From positions 1-64,000 of the forward strand of contig DAHWNL010000070.1 in assembly GCA_027339965.1 (NCBI GenBank): a DNA stretch of 64,000 nt. Reading direction: 5' to 3'. Below are positions 9,635 through 20,275 of this stretch, in pieces. The notes under the pieces are model-generated. The model made no database searches. It was not told where the DNA came from and worked only from the letters and a program-made list of their open reading frames with translations. Origin of the DNA: Granulicella sp. Its GTDB lineage: Bacteria > Acidobacteriota > Terriglobia > Terriglobales > Acidobacteriaceae. The stretch's first letter is position 1. Each line of letters opens with the position of its first letter. Position numbers and translations under genes: made by a program.

Positions 9635-9848
9635 GCGGTAACTCCGAGGAAGGAGAGCTTGGGTTGGAGATGGGGCAGGGCCGCTCCCGTTACTTCAGTC
9701 CCATTTCAAGAAGCTTGTTAGACATCTTCAGTCTAAATGGAGGCTGGTTGCGGGCTGTTCCGGCCACGGCAAAGGCCTCAGCTTCGCTGCTACAGGCATG
9801 TGTAGCGCTGAGGATGTGCATTTGGAAAGTCTGCTGAGGGATGAGAGT

Positions 9849-10676
9849 TCAGAGCGGTCTGCCCGCTCGCCGACGAAGCAGTTCCCTGCGTTTCACCTCA
9901 ATGAGAAACTCATAGAAACTCTGCAAGGTGCTGTACATGACTCCGGCGGGACCATCCAGGACGGCACCACGAACAAACATCATGTAGCACCATTTGATCA
10001 ACGGCCTTGCGGGAAGCTCATAGAAGAGAGCCTTTTGGGCAACCCGGCGCTCGTGGAAGTCGCGCGCGAACAGGGCCTGAGAGAGAGAGGCCCCGTGAGT
10101 GGCTTCTCCATTGGCGAGCAGTTCGGCTTCTTTGCTGGAGTAGGAGTTGTGCTTGGTCACCCAGTGGGTGATGCCTTTGGAGAAGGCCAGATGATCGAAG
10201 GCGCCATGCAGTTGGCGGATCTCGCCGCTGACCTGGACGACTTCATTGATATTGCGGGTGTAATGGGCGTGTCCTACACGCAGGAGCCGCACGTAGTAAG
10301 GGGTCAGTTGGGCGTGCTTGAGCCACGTCCCCCAGAGATAGTCGCGGCGGCGGATGCGAAAGGCGGAGACGGAAAGGGGAGCGGCCGCGACGGCGGCCGG
10401 CATCTCCGCGATCAGCTCTGGAGTCGGCCGTTCATCGGCGTCGAGCACCAGAACCCATGGATTCTGGAAAGGAAGTTGCAAGCCGGCGTTACGCTGCGCG
10501 GCGAAGCCGTCAAAGGGGCGCTCCGTGACAACGGCTCCACGCCGGCGCGCGATCGCGGCGGTGTCGTCCGTGCTGCCGGAGTCCAGTACGTGGATGTCGT
10601 CGGACCAGGCCACGGCATCCAAGCATCCGGGAAGATCCTGCTCTTCGTTGTGGGTGAGAATGAGTACGGAGATCAT
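9849..10676 (-). CDS. Glycosyltransferase family 2
   Basis: ISVLILTHNEE, DSGSTD, LDADE. Confidence 0.9.
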   Translation of the reverse strand: MISVLILTHNEEQDLPGCLDAVAWSDDIHVLDSGSTDDTAAIARRRGAVVTERPFDGFAAQRNAGLQLPFQNPWVLVLDADERPTPELIAEMPAAVAAAPLSVSAFRIRRRDYLWGTWLKHAQLTPYYVRLLRVGHAHYTRNINEVVQVSGEIRQLHGAFDHLAFSKGITHWVTKHNSYSSKEAELLANGEATHGASLSQALFARDFHERRVAQKALFYELPARPLIKWCYMMFVRGAVLDGPAGVMYSTLQSFYEFLIEVKRRELLRRRAGRPL

Positions 10677-11374
10677 GCCGAGCCTCTGCCCCGGTCCGAG
10701 GGATGGATCGCCGGTGGTTCGATCGGGGTCTCACTCGCGCCTGAAGTTTCATTCTCTTTTTCCTGCAGCACTTCGGTGTCATCCATTCCTGCTCTGCGCC
10801 TCTGCATGCGGGCCACGGCCGGATTGCCGCTGTAGACGGTCCAGGGTCTCAGGTCGCGCAGCGCCACGGCGCTCAGCCCCAGAACCGCGCCTTCTCCCAC
10901 GCGCACTCCCGGCGCTACGGCGGCGCGGGCGCAGATCCAGGCATAGCCCTCGATGTGCATGCGATAGGCGATCAGGGGGAAGTCGGGGTGGTTGTAGTCA
11001 TGGGTGGCGCCACATAGATAGCACCCCTGCGACAGAATGACGTGCGTATCGATCTGGATGGGGGAGGGATTGTAGATCTCGGCCCCATCGGCCACCGCTA
11101 CGTGGTCTGCGCAAACCAGGTTCCACGGCGCCCATATTCTGGAGGCTGGATAGAAGTGGCAGTCCGGCCCCAGCGTGGCTCCGAAGAGACGCAGCAGAGC
11201 GGCTCGCCAGCCGTGCAGAGGCCGAGGCGAGGGCCGGTAGAGCAGAAGCCAGCAGAGATTCCACGCCAGACGACGCAGGCGGTTGCGCAGAGTGAACGCC
11301 GGTCGAGTGTAGGCATCAGCATGGTCTTTAGCGGAGATGTGTTCGGCGGCATGATAATCCGCAAGACGGCCCAT
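10673..11374 (-). CDS. WcaF-like hexapeptide-repeat polysaccharide O-acetyltransferase
   Basis: RIWAPWNL, SQGCYLCGATHDY, GEGAVLG, YSGNPAV. Confidence 0.85.
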   Translation of the reverse strand: MGRLADYHAAEHISAKDHADAYTRPAFTLRNRLRRLAWNLCWLLLYRPSPRPLHGWRAALLRLFGATLGPDCHFYPASRIWAPWNLVCADHVAVADGAEIYNPSPIQIDTHVILSQGCYLCGATHDYNHPDFPLIAYRMHIEGYAWICARAAVAPGVRVGEGAVLGLSAVALRDLRPWTVYSGNPAVARMQRRRAGMDDTEVLQEKENETSGASETPIEPPAIHPSDRGRGSA

Positions 11375-11377
11375 GGG

Positions 11378-12616
11378 TCAGTTTGCCTCTCGGTTCGCCT
11401 CAGGGGAACGCGGTTTCGAAGACTGCGCCTGAAGAGATTCAAAGGTGCGCAGGATGATGGCGCTGTTGCTGCGGATATCATAGCGCCTGGCGAAGGTATC
11501 TTTGCATCTTTGCCCCATCGCCAGCCGCTCCGCAAGGGGAAGCGCGAGCCAACGTTGCAAAAGGCGGAGGGTTCCCTCCAACGTGTCCGGCTCCACCAGA
11601 CCACAGCCATCGGCCGCAATCTCGGGATGGATGTTGATTTGATCGGAGATGAGCACGGGCCTGGCGCAGGCCAGGGCTTCGGCAACCGCAATTCCGAAGT
11701 TCTCCTGGTGAGAGGGCAGGACAAATGCCTCGCAGAGCGCAAAAGCCGCCCACTTGGCTTCTCCCTGCAGCATGCCGGGAAAGTGGACGCGATCCGCAAC
11801 CCCGGACTGTTCGGCGATCCTCTTCAATTGGGGCTGCATTCCGGTCGGGTCGGGGCCAGCCAGGATCAGGTGCAACTCGGCGTGCGCGGGCGCTGCTCTG
11901 GCAAAGGCCTGCAAGAGCAGGTCGCAGCCCTTCTTGGGATGAATTCGGGAGAGAAAAAGGAGGTAGCGACGCCTCTCGTCCGTTGCGGCAAGCTCGGGGA
12001 ACCGCTGGTACAAGGCAGGAATCAGTTCATCGCCCTGCAGGCCGGGTGGATCGGCTCCTAAAGAGACGACCATAGGATTCCAGCGCCAAAGCCAGAAGCT
12101 CTGGGTCGCCAGGTCGCGTTCCAACTCGGTAGTGAACATCACGCGCGAGGCTGTGCGCAGAACCCAGTACTGCACCAGCACCCAATAGAACCATTTCTTG
12201 AGATGCTTGAGCGGGTAACGGCGCTTGAAGTATGGATCAAGCATGCCGTGAGGGAAGACGAAAAAGGGTTTGCGTCCGGCTACTACCATGAGGACGGCCA
12301 GGCTGGTGAACTCCCATAAACCATGAACAATGACTCCGTCGAAGCGGTCGAGGTTGTTGCGCAGCCAAGGGATGAGCTGAGGGGAGTACCATGAGGCTCC
12401 CTCCGTCCCGAGAGCGTGAATACGGAAGGGGAACGCGCCGAGGAACGGAGCCCCCGAATGATCCAGCGTGGCTACCTCGGCTTCGTGGCCCGGCGGCCGA
12501 AACTGGATGATCATCCGAATGACCTCGGTAGGACCACCCGCGGCGGGATCGATGGAGCCGATGATGTGCAGAACTCGCATGGAAGTTCCCGTGGAGACGT
12601 TGGGCGGCTGGAACAT
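11378..12616 (-). CDS. Glycosyltransferase family 4 (GT-B); start could be 12580
   Basis: MRVLHIIGS...GGP, PHGMLDP, LSRIHPKKG, PSHQENFGIAVAEALA. Confidence 0.9.
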   Translation of the reverse strand: MFQPPNVSTGTSMRVLHIIGSIDPAAGGPTEVIRMIIQFRPPGHEAEVATLDHSGAPFLGAFPFRIHALGTEGASWYSPQLIPWLRNNLDRFDGVIVHGLWEFTSLAVLMVVAGRKPFFVFPHGMLDPYFKRRYPLKHLKKWFYWVLVQYWVLRTASRVMFTTELERDLATQSFWLWRWNPMVVSLGADPPGLQGDELIPALYQRFPELAATDERRRYLLFLSRIHPKKGCDLLLQAFARAAPAHAELHLILAGPDPTGMQPQLKRIAEQSGVADRVHFPGMLQGEAKWAAFALCEAFVLPSHQENFGIAVAEALACARPVLISDQINIHPEIAADGCGLVEPDTLEGTLRLLQRWLALPLAERLAMGQRCKDTFARRYDIRSNSAIILRTFESLQAQSSKPRSPEANREAN

Positions 12617-12741
12617 ATCGGGGAAACCTGACTTGATCTCGAATCGGAACCTAGATACAGGCCAAGCCCCGTGGTCCAACTCAGACTTTGTTCTCCTGCC
12701 TGTTCAAGGATGCATGCAGTGTAGGAGGAAAGTTAAGGGTA

Positions 12742-14031
12742 TCAGTCTCTGAACCAGCCTGTGACGCAAGCCAGCGCCTGACGCAAGCCTCGGACATCCT
12801 CTTCATAGCTCCAGGAGCGGATACGCTGTTGGGCGTTGCGGCCCATGAGATGGGCTGCCTGGGGCGAAGCGAAGCAGCGGCGCAGCGCGGCGGAGAGCGC
12901 TGCAACATCGCCGACGGGGAAGACCCATCCCTCGACTCCATCGCTGATCAGATCGTAGTGGCAGCCAACATCGCTGGAGACGATTGGCGGACAGCCCGCG
13001 GCCATCGCCTCATTGACAATCAACCCCCAGGGCTCATGCCGTGAGGGCAGCACAAAGACGCTGGCGAGAGCAAAGAAGGCGGGCATCTCGGATTGATTGC
13101 GAAATCCGGCAAAGCGTACATCCCTCAACCCCAGATGCCGCGTCATTTCCTCCAGCCGGGGGCGCTCGGCGCCGTCGCCGACGATCACCAGAAAGGGGTG
13201 TTCAAAGGGAGGGGATGTGGAAGGAGAGGACGGGTTGCCAAGCAAGAGGCGGTAAGCCTCAAGAAGGTGATCGGCGTGTTTGCGCGCCTGGAGTTTGGAG
13301 GCGAAGAGAATCACGGGCCTGCCCGGAGGAATGCCTAACTCAGAGCGTAACTCTGCCTGGCGCGTTGGAGAGCTTTGGGCAAGGCGGGCGAAGTACTGGT
13401 TATCAACCGCATAGGGCATGCGGAACTGTGGAAAGCTCTCTCCAAAGTAGTGGGTCCAATAGGCCTGGTTCGCGGTCCCGATGGGAAGAACGGCGGCAAT
13501 GCCGGGGCGCAGGAGATGAAAGAAGGCTCGCTTCAAGCCCAGCTTCCAGCGGCTGCGGACCCGGTCCTCGAGCCAGGATTCTGCGCGCAGCAAGACAGGG
13601 ATATCCAGGGCGTTGGCGGCCAGGATGGCCTGCAGAGAGTTGGCGCCGGCGTAGCCATGCACCCAAAGGGCATCAAAGGCTGGACGGCCATCTCTTTGGC
13701 GCAGGCGACGGTAGATTCCCCGGCTGATAGGGCTGCCTGGCGATATGCTGCCTGTATCACGCCAGGATTTGAGCCACTCCGAGCGATAGCCCTCCAGCAA
13801 GGGTATATCCCAGGCAACCTCGACGCCGAAGCCCTGGTCCTTGTATCCCCGCACGGAAAGGTCTGAGCCGAAGAAAACGGTTAGGTCGATGTCTGGTTCC
13901 CGAGCGATGCGGCGGAGCAGGGGAGCCTGATACTGAATGGGATGGCTGACCAGATAAGCCAGACGAAGCTTGGGAGGCTCATCGCCGCTTCGGCAGGCGG
14001 CGCGGCGATCAGGTGGCAGCGGAGCCGTCAT
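12742..14031 (-). CDS. Glycosyltransferase family 4 (GT-B)
   Basis: SHPIQYQAPL, SKLQARK, PSRHEPWGLIVNEAMAAG. Confidence 0.9.
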   Translation of the reverse strand: MTAPLPPDRRAACRSGDEPPKLRLAYLVSHPIQYQAPLLRRIAREPDIDLTVFFGSDLSVRGYKDQGFGVEVAWDIPLLEGYRSEWLKSWRDTGSISPGSPISRGIYRRLRQRDGRPAFDALWVHGYAGANSLQAILAANALDIPVLLRAESWLEDRVRSRWKLGLKRAFFHLLRPGIAAVLPIGTANQAYWTHYFGESFPQFRMPYAVDNQYFARLAQSSPTRQAELRSELGIPPGRPVILFASKLQARKHADHLLEAYRLLLGNPSSPSTSPPFEHPFLVIVGDGAERPRLEEMTRHLGLRDVRFAGFRNQSEMPAFFALASVFVLPSRHEPWGLIVNEAMAAGCPPIVSSDVGCHYDLISDGVEGWVFPVGDVAALSAALRRCFASPQAAHLMGRNAQQRIRSWSYEEDVRGLRQALACVTGWFRD

Positions 14032-14045
14032 GGGGAGGATGCTTC

Positions 14046-15086
14046 CTAGGGTAAGTAAGCAAAAGTAACGTACAGATACACAAGGGCAAGCACTGTTCCA
14101 ATCCCTCCGCTGGAGAGCAATTCCTTCATGGAGACGATGGGCAGGTACACGATGTCATTGGGCTCCAGGATTGGGTCGGGAGCCTTCCCGTCCAGGACTT
14201 TCTTGATGTTGTAGACCGCGACGGTGCGGTGGTCTCCGACCGTCCGAATGATGCGAAGATCAGAGAAGTGGCCCTCCCATTTGATGCCTCCACTGAGAGC
14301 CGTCGCCTCCGTGAGCGTCAATGGGGTATAGGAGTTGAGTGCAATCGTTCCTCCGGGGGTACCGAAGGCGCCGAAGATGTACACGATGCCGATGCGCGAG
14401 ACCACGATCGTGTCTCCGGGAAAGACCGGGATGTTTCCCATGGCGCTACGCATGGGGTCGGTTCCCAGGTCGACGACGATGGCTTTGGCGACTCCGGGAC
14501 GGTCGATGGTAACGACATGGCTGGCGGTTGGCGGCAGTCCCCCGGCTGCGGAGAGCACATCCAGCAGGCGGCGCTTGCCAACGACCGGAACAACCTGATG
14601 AATCTCTCCGATGATCGTGACCGCTTGGTTGGGGGATTGGGCGACATCGATGGTGATCTGTGGATCGCGGTACATGCCCTTGGTTTCCAGCTTTTCCGCG
14701 ATGAGTTCTTCGGCCTGGGTGACCGTAAGCCCCGCCAGGTGCACAATGCCGATGAGCGGGAGCAGCGCGGTGCCATCGTTATTAATCTGCACAGACGGGC
14801 TGTAGGCCGAGTCGGAGAAAAGGTGGATGGTGAGTCGGTCCCCGATGGCGAGCAATATATTCTGCTCGCCAGGGTAGAGAATGGATTTGTCGGTTGTAGG
14901 CGCCAGATTCTGATTGTAGGCTGAGGTGCTTGATGTTGCCGGTCCACTGAACTGAGCCGGGGCGCTTCCAGCCCAACAGGCCGCGATCAGCATCAGAGTG
15001 ACGACGGCGGCCGGGCGGATGGACCAGGAAATGGACAAGATCTCGGGCCGCGGGGTGGAACGTTCAAGATGGCGCTGGCGGCTCAT
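14046..15086 (-). CDS. Polysaccharide export protein (OPX/Wza family)
   Basis: Poly_export motif GDRLTI...DGTALLPLIGIVHLAGLT, SLBB repeats, C-terminal hydrophobic helix; adjacent to wzc. Confidence 0.85.
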   Translation of the reverse strand: MSRQRHLERSTPRPEILSISWSIRPAAVVTLMLIAACWAGSAPAQFSGPATSSTSAYNQNLAPTTDKSILYPGEQNILLAIGDRLTIHLFSDSAYSPSVQINNDGTALLPLIGIVHLAGLTVTQAEELIAEKLETKGMYRDPQITIDVAQSPNQAVTIIGEIHQVVPVVGKRRLLDVLSAAGGLPPTASHVVTIDRPGVAKAIVVDLGTDPMRSAMGNIPVFPGDTIVVSRIGIVYIFGAFGTPGGTIALNSYTPLTLTEATALSGGIKWEGHFSDLRIIRTVGDHRTVAVYNIKKVLDGKAPDPILEPNDIVYLPIVSMKELLSSGGIGTVLALVYLYVTFAYLP

Positions 15087-17356
15087 TCGCTGTCTCCTCT
15101 GTGAGAATCGGTCTTGCCGGGGCCTCTGCCGGCTTCATGCGCAGAATCTGTCTTATCCCCTACGTTTTTGGATTCCCAACCAGAGCTGTCCATGCCCGCC
15201 GCTGCGTATCCGGTGTAGCCGTAATAGCCGTAGTAGGCGTAATACTCCGGGCTATTCATGTCCACGGCGTTCAGGACGATGCCGGTGACGGGGGCGCCGG
15301 CGCGAAGCAGCAGGTCTCTCGCGCGCTGCATGGCATGCTTGGTAGATTTGCCATGGCGAACAATCATCACCACCGCATCGGCTTGCTGGGAGAGCATCAC
15401 GCTGTCGGTCACGGAGAGCAAGGGAGGAGAATCCATGACGATATGGGTGTAGATTCCTTTGCAGCGCTCGATCAACTGCCGCATGGTCTCCGACCCAAGC
15501 ATCTCGGTAGGAAAGGGCGGAACCGGTCCGCTGACCAGAACATCCAGTTGGGGAATCTCCGGCACGGTCTGGATGGCGCTCTCCAGGCTGACGCTTCCGG
15601 TCAGAACAGAGGTCAAACCCACCTTTCCGTTCAAGCCAAAACGATGGTGGACGGTTGGGCGGCGCAGGTCGGCATCGATGAGAAGCACACGAACATTGCG
15701 TTGGGCCAGAACGCAGGCCAGGTTGATCGAGACGGTGGTCTTGCCCTCCGAGGGTGTGGCGCTCGTGAGCAGGATGATCTTTGGTTCCCTGCCCGCAACC
15801 GATAAGAGCAACGAAGTGCGCAGGGCGCGGAACGCCTCAGAGAACTGAGACTTGGGATTGGATAAGGTGCCCAGACTGCGCATGGTGGTGGAGAGGCGGG
15901 CTTCGTCCGAGACGCTTCTGCGCGCCCGGGGAACCAGCGCCAGGGAGGGCAACCCGGAGACGGCCTCAATCTCCGAGACGCTGCGCAGCCCCGTATCCAG
16001 ACTGTCGAGGATAAACGCAAAGATGACGGAGAAGATCAGCATCACGAAGGCATCCACCGTCATGAGGTTGGAGCGAGGCCGGAGTGTGGGCCCCAGCGGG
16101 GGATAGGCAGGATCGATCGGCTCAATCTCGGTCGATTCCAGTCCTGCTTCTACTCCGGCAGTGCGCAGGCGTTGCTCCAGGCCGTCGTAGAGGGTGCGGT
16201 TGGCTTCGTACTCATGTTGCCGCAGCGTATATTGCAGCATGGTGTCGCGCAACTGATACGCAACATCTTTCTCGTGATTCAGGGCGTCGTCGGTCTCTTT
16301 CTCCATCTCCTGGGCGGCAAGATCGGCTTGTTTGGCTTCACTGATGATGCGGACTTCTTCACGCTGGATCTGCTTTTGCAGTAGAGTGATCTGCTCTTGG
16401 ACGGCGATCACCTTGGGGTTCTTCGGTCCATAGGTAAGGTTAAGCTGGGCCAGATTGATGCGGGCAGCGTCGATCTGGCTGCGCAGAGAGGAGATGTTGC
16501 TGGGAGCGTAGGCGCTTCCGGCTTGATCCAGAATATTCGGATCCATGCTGGAGAGTACCTCGTAGTGCGTCTGAGCCTGGATGCGCGCCAACTGAGCGGC
16601 TCCAGCGGCTCGGTTCAGATCGTCCAGCGTAGACGTTATCTGGTTGTCCCTTGGATCGAACCCAAGCACGCCCAGCTTCTTTTGCAGCTCCAGCATCTGT
16701 TCTTGCGAAGTTTCTACCTGTTGCCTGAGATCGTCGAGCTGGGTGGAAAAGAAGTTGGCGACACGTTTGGTGGCGTCGGCTCGCGACTGGAACCTGTGTT
16801 CAATGTAGTCCTGCACCAGCTGGTTGACGATGCTGGCGGAGAGCTGTGGATTGGAGGTGGTGCAGTTGATCACCACCAGGTCCGTCTTGGGGATGACGCT
16901 CACCGAGATGTCCCCTTGCAAAGCCCCGACCACACGCTGACGGACAACGGGATCGTCAACGTTCTGATAGTGCTGGGCAGGCCCCAAAAAGTCTGGATCA
17001 TTGGCCAGGTTGCGGTCCCTGGCCACGGTGAGCAGCAGCGACTGGCTCTGCAGGATGGCAACCTCCGTGGGTAGCGAGGTGTCACCCATTCCTCCCCCAC
17101 CTCCAACGCGATACGCGTTCGAGGCTCCGACTCGAATCTCGATGGTGCCCGAGGCAGTGTACAACCGCGGCTGCGTGGTGCCCTGGTAAAAACCATAGGC
17201 AGCGCCGAGCGCCGTCGCCGCAAGAATCATCTTCTTACGGTTGCGAATGGTGCTCAATGCCCCAGACAAAGTCGCATCGGCCCCATTTTGGGCGGTGCTT
17301 GGGGGAGTCGGGGTCGGGTCAGCGTCCGCCGGCAATCGCTCCGATGAGGAATTCAT
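15083..17356 (-). CDS. Polysaccharide co-polymerase / tyrosine autokinase (Wzc family)
   Basis: Two TM segments flanking a coiled coil; Walker A TPSEGKTT, IDADLRRP, DSPP; Tyr cluster YYAYYGYYGYTGY. Confidence 0.92.
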   Translation of the reverse strand: MNSSSERLPADADPTPTPPSTAQNGADATLSGALSTIRNRKKMILAATALGAAYGFYQGTTQPRLYTASGTIEIRVGASNAYRVGGGGGMGDTSLPTEVAILQSQSLLLTVARDRNLANDPDFLGPAQHYQNVDDPVVRQRVVGALQGDISVSVIPKTDLVVINCTTSNPQLSASIVNQLVQDYIEHRFQSRADATKRVANFFSTQLDDLRQQVETSQEQMLELQKKLGVLGFDPRDNQITSTLDDLNRAAGAAQLARIQAQTHYEVLSSMDPNILDQAGSAYAPSNISSLRSQIDAARINLAQLNLTYGPKNPKVIAVQEQITLLQKQIQREEVRIISEAKQADLAAQEMEKETDDALNHEKDVAYQLRDTMLQYTLRQHEYEANRTLYDGLEQRLRTAGVEAGLESTEIEPIDPAYPPLGPTLRPRSNLMTVDAFVMLIFSVIFAFILDSLDTGLRSVSEIEAVSGLPSLALVPRARRSVSDEARLSTTMRSLGTLSNPKSQFSEAFRALRTSLLLSVAGREPKIILLTSATPSEGKTTVSINLACVLAQRNVRVLLIDADLRRPTVHHRFGLNGKVGLTSVLTGSVSLESAIQTVPEIPQLDVLVSGPVPPFPTEMLGSETMRQLIERCKGIYTHIVMDSPPLLSVTDSVMLSQQADAVVMIVRHGKSTKHAMQRARDLLLRAGAPVTGIVLNAVDMNSPEYYAYYGYYGYTGYAAAGMDSSGWESKNVGDKTDSAHEAGRGPGKTDSHRGDSE

Positions 17357-17572
17357 TAAGCTCCTAGTCTACGCGATTGAGATAGCTTGGCAAACTGCTT
17401 TTCCCGCTCGACTTCCGGTGGCAAACGGGTAGGTCGGGGAGTGCTTGGGGGCCCTCCTTTTGGGGCAGTTTCCGCGCAGGGAAGGGTAATAATTGGATGT
17501 GCCTTCAGGGCATCGCGGAGGCTCTGCAATAATGGAAGAGCAAGCATTTCACTCCTTTGGGGAGCCCTGCCG

Positions 17573-18976
17573 ATGACGGAGCCAATTCGGATTGCGGTGG
17601 TAGGGTCTGGCTATGTTGGCCTGGTTGCCGCCGCCTGTTTTGCCGAGATGGGCCATGACGTTATCTGCGTAGATAACGATGAACGTAAGGTGGCCGCTCT
17701 GGAGAGCGGAGACACCTTGATTCATGAACGTTACCTGCCGGAGCTTCTCGGCAGGAACCGCAATCACCGGGTGCGATTCATGACGGACCTCCGCGAAGCG
17801 GTGCGGATGTCCCAAGCGATCTTCGTCGCGGTTGGGACACCCCAGACGGAGAATGGGGATGCAGATCTGTCTTACGTAGAGGCCGTTGCCAGCGAGATTG
17901 CCCGTTCCATTGACGTGTACAAGGTCATCATCGAAAAGAGTACGGTGCCGGTGTATACCAACGAATGGATACGGCGGGTGATCGAACGGAATGGGGTGCG
18001 ACACGATGCCTTCGATGTCGTTTCGAATCCGGAGTTTCTGCGCGAAGGCACTGCGGTGGAGGATTTCCTGCATCCGGACCGGATTGTGGTGGGGGCGGAC
18101 AGCGATCGCGCATCCGCCGTGTTGAACGCCATCTACGCTCCCCTGACCAGCGGCGAGTACTATCAGCGGAAGGAGTCGATTCGTGGCTCCTGCTCGGCTC
18201 ATCATCCGCCCCCTCTGTTGCTCACCTCGACCAAGAGTGCTGAGATCATCAAGCATGCGTCCAATGCCTTTCTGGCGCTCAAGATCTCCTTTATCAATGT
18301 CGTCTCCAACCTTTGTGAGGCTGTAGACGCCAATGTGGAGCAGGTTGCTCAAGGCGTGGGGCTGGACTCCCGTATCGGTCCGAAGTTTCTGCGGCCCGGC
18401 ATCGGCTATGGCGGATCCTGCTTTCCCAAAGACATCGCTGCCTTTCGTTCCGTGGCGGAGCAGATGGGGGTGGATTTTACGCTGCTGAGCGAAGTGGAAA
18501 AGATCAACACCCTGCAAAAGAAGAGGTTTCTGAGCAAAGTGCGATCGGCGCTGTGGACGTTGCGTGGCAAGAAACTGGCGGTGCTCGGCTTGGCCTTCAA
18601 AGGCGATACGGATGATATCCGCGAGTCGCCAGCGATCGACATGATTGAGATGCTGCTGGCAGAGGGTTGCGTTGTGATGGCCTATGACCCGGTGGCGATG
18701 CGGCGTGCTCAGGCCAAGCTGCCTGCGTCCGGCCAGATGATCTATGCCGATTGCGTTGCAACGGCTGCCGCTGATGCGGATGCGTTACTGATTCTTACCG
18801 ACTGGAAGGAGTTTGCCCAGTTGGATCTCTCCGCCCTGCGCAGCCTGCTGCGCTATCCGATCGTGATCGACGGCCGCAATCTCTATGATCCGCAGCAGAT
18901 GCTGGAAGCTGGATTCACCTACCTGAGCATCGGCAGGCCGGCCGTGACTCCCATGCGAGACGTGGCCCATGCCTGA
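17573..18976 (+). CDS. ugd: UDP-glucose 6-dehydrogenase
   Basis: GSGYVG, SNPEFLREG, GYGGSCFPKD, FKGDTDDIRESP. Confidence 0.95.
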   Translation: MTEPIRIAVVGSGYVGLVAAACFAEMGHDVICVDNDERKVAALESGDTLIHERYLPELLGRNRNHRVRFMTDLREAVRMSQAIFVAVGTPQTENGDADLSYVEAVASEIARSIDVYKVIIEKSTVPVYTNEWIRRVIERNGVRHDAFDVVSNPEFLREGTAVEDFLHPDRIVVGADSDRASAVLNAIYAPLTSGEYYQRKESIRGSCSAHHPPPLLLTSTKSAEIIKHASNAFLALKISFINVVSNLCEAVDANVEQVAQGVGLDSRIGPKFLRPGIGYGGSCFPKDIAAFRSVAEQMGVDFTLLSEVEKINTLQKKRFLSKVRSALWTLRGKKLAVLGLAFKGDTDDIRESPAIDMIEMLLAEGCVVMAYDPVAMRRAQAKLPASGQMIYADCVATAAADADALLILTDWKEFAQLDLSALRSLLRYPIVIDGRNLYDPQQMLEAGFTYLSIGRPAVTPMRDVAHA

Positions 18977-19050
18977 TCGTGGATGAAGAGTTCGCCGACA
19001 TTGGCGATTGCGGGGACAATGGTGGTGGGTTCGAGAAAGGTGGTTTGCAG

Positions 19051-20025
19051 ATGGCAGTTCAAGTGGCTCTGGTGACGGGTGCCGCCGGATTCCTGGGATC
19101 CCATTTGTGCGATCGGCTGCTGGAGGAGGGGTATCGTGTCATTGGAGTGGATAATCTTTCCACCGGCAAACTGGAGAACCTGGCCCATCTGAAGCACGAG
19201 CCTCGGTTTCTGTTTGAGCAGAGAGACATTACGCAGCCTTTCCATGTCGGACAGGTTGATTCAGTCTTCAACTTTGCCTCTCCGGCCAGCCCTCCGGAGT
19301 ATCTGCGTCTGGGAGTTGAGACTCTGAAGGTTGGCTCGGCAGGAACCTTTCACACCCTGGAGATTGCCAGAAAGTATGGCGCCGGCTACCTCCATGCGTC
19401 CACCTCGGAGTGCTACGGCGACCCTCTGGTACACCCGCAGGTGGAGTCCTATTGGGGCAACGTCAATCCCGTGGGGCCGCGCTCAGTGTATGACGAAGCC
19501 AAGCGCTTTTCCGAGGCCGCAGTCAGCGCCTATCACCGCTACTATGGGGTGAACACGCACCTGGTGCGGATCTTCAATACCTATGGGCCCAGGCTGCACC
19601 CGGGCGACGGTCGCCTGATTTCGAACTTCATGATGCAGGCTCTGCGCGGAGAGCCGTTGACCATCTATGGCGATGGCTCCCAGACCCGCAGCTTATGCTA
19701 CTGTTCGGATCTCATCGAGGGTATCCAGCGTCTGGCCAGAAGCGACCTCCATGACCCGGTGAACATTGGCAATCCCGAGGAGTGGACTGTACTGCAGTGT
19801 GCCCGGGAGGTGCAGTCGGTGGTGGGAGAGGCGCGTGGAGTTGCCTTCAGCGGGGAACTCGTCTTCAAGGGGCTTCCGCAGGACGATCCTACGCGTCGGC
19901 GGCCGGATATTACGCGCGCCCAGAGCCTGCTGGGATGGTCGCCAAAGATCGGCTTGCGCGAGGGGCTCGAGCGCTCACTGCCCTACTTCCTAGCGTGCCT
20001 GGAAGCAGAGAGGACCACGGCATAG
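19051..20025 (+). CDS. UDP-glucuronate decarboxylase (UDP-xylose synthase) family SDR
   Basis: TGAAGFLGSHL, ASPASP, ASTSECYGDP, YDEAKR, RIFNTYGPR, PQDDP. Confidence 0.9.
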   Translation: MAVQVALVTGAAGFLGSHLCDRLLEEGYRVIGVDNLSTGKLENLAHLKHEPRFLFEQRDITQPFHVGQVDSVFNFASPASPPEYLRLGVETLKVGSAGTFHTLEIARKYGAGYLHASTSECYGDPLVHPQVESYWGNVNPVGPRSVYDEAKRFSEAAVSAYHRYYGVNTHLVRIFNTYGPRLHPGDGRLISNFMMQALRGEPLTIYGDGSQTRSLCYCSDLIEGIQRLARSDLHDPVNIGNPEEWTVLQCAREVQSVVGEARGVAFSGELVFKGLPQDDPTRRRPDITRAQSLLGWSPKIGLREGLERSLPYFLACLEAERTTA

Positions 20026-20275
20026 AGCAACCTGGAGAGCAAGTGCGGCAGGGAAAAATGAACCTATTGCGTGGAGGAACATCGCTTCCCACGATTCCCT
20101 TTCCGCGTTGCTGGGTTGTCTGAAACTGGCTGGCTGCTGCCCTTTCATCTGGGGAAGCGTTCAGAATGGCCGAGGAGTGAGATGCATCTGAGCGGAAATG
20201 TCAAGCCCCACGGACGCGCCGGCAAGAGAAGAATGATCACCTGAGGAAGCACTTCCTCCGAGCGGAAGTGAAGGC

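Noticed and set aside
20023..20123. TAGAGCAACC... at the uxs stop as a third MITE copy
   Set aside because: Only the first 7 nt match the TIR; no internal hairpin homology and a poor right end
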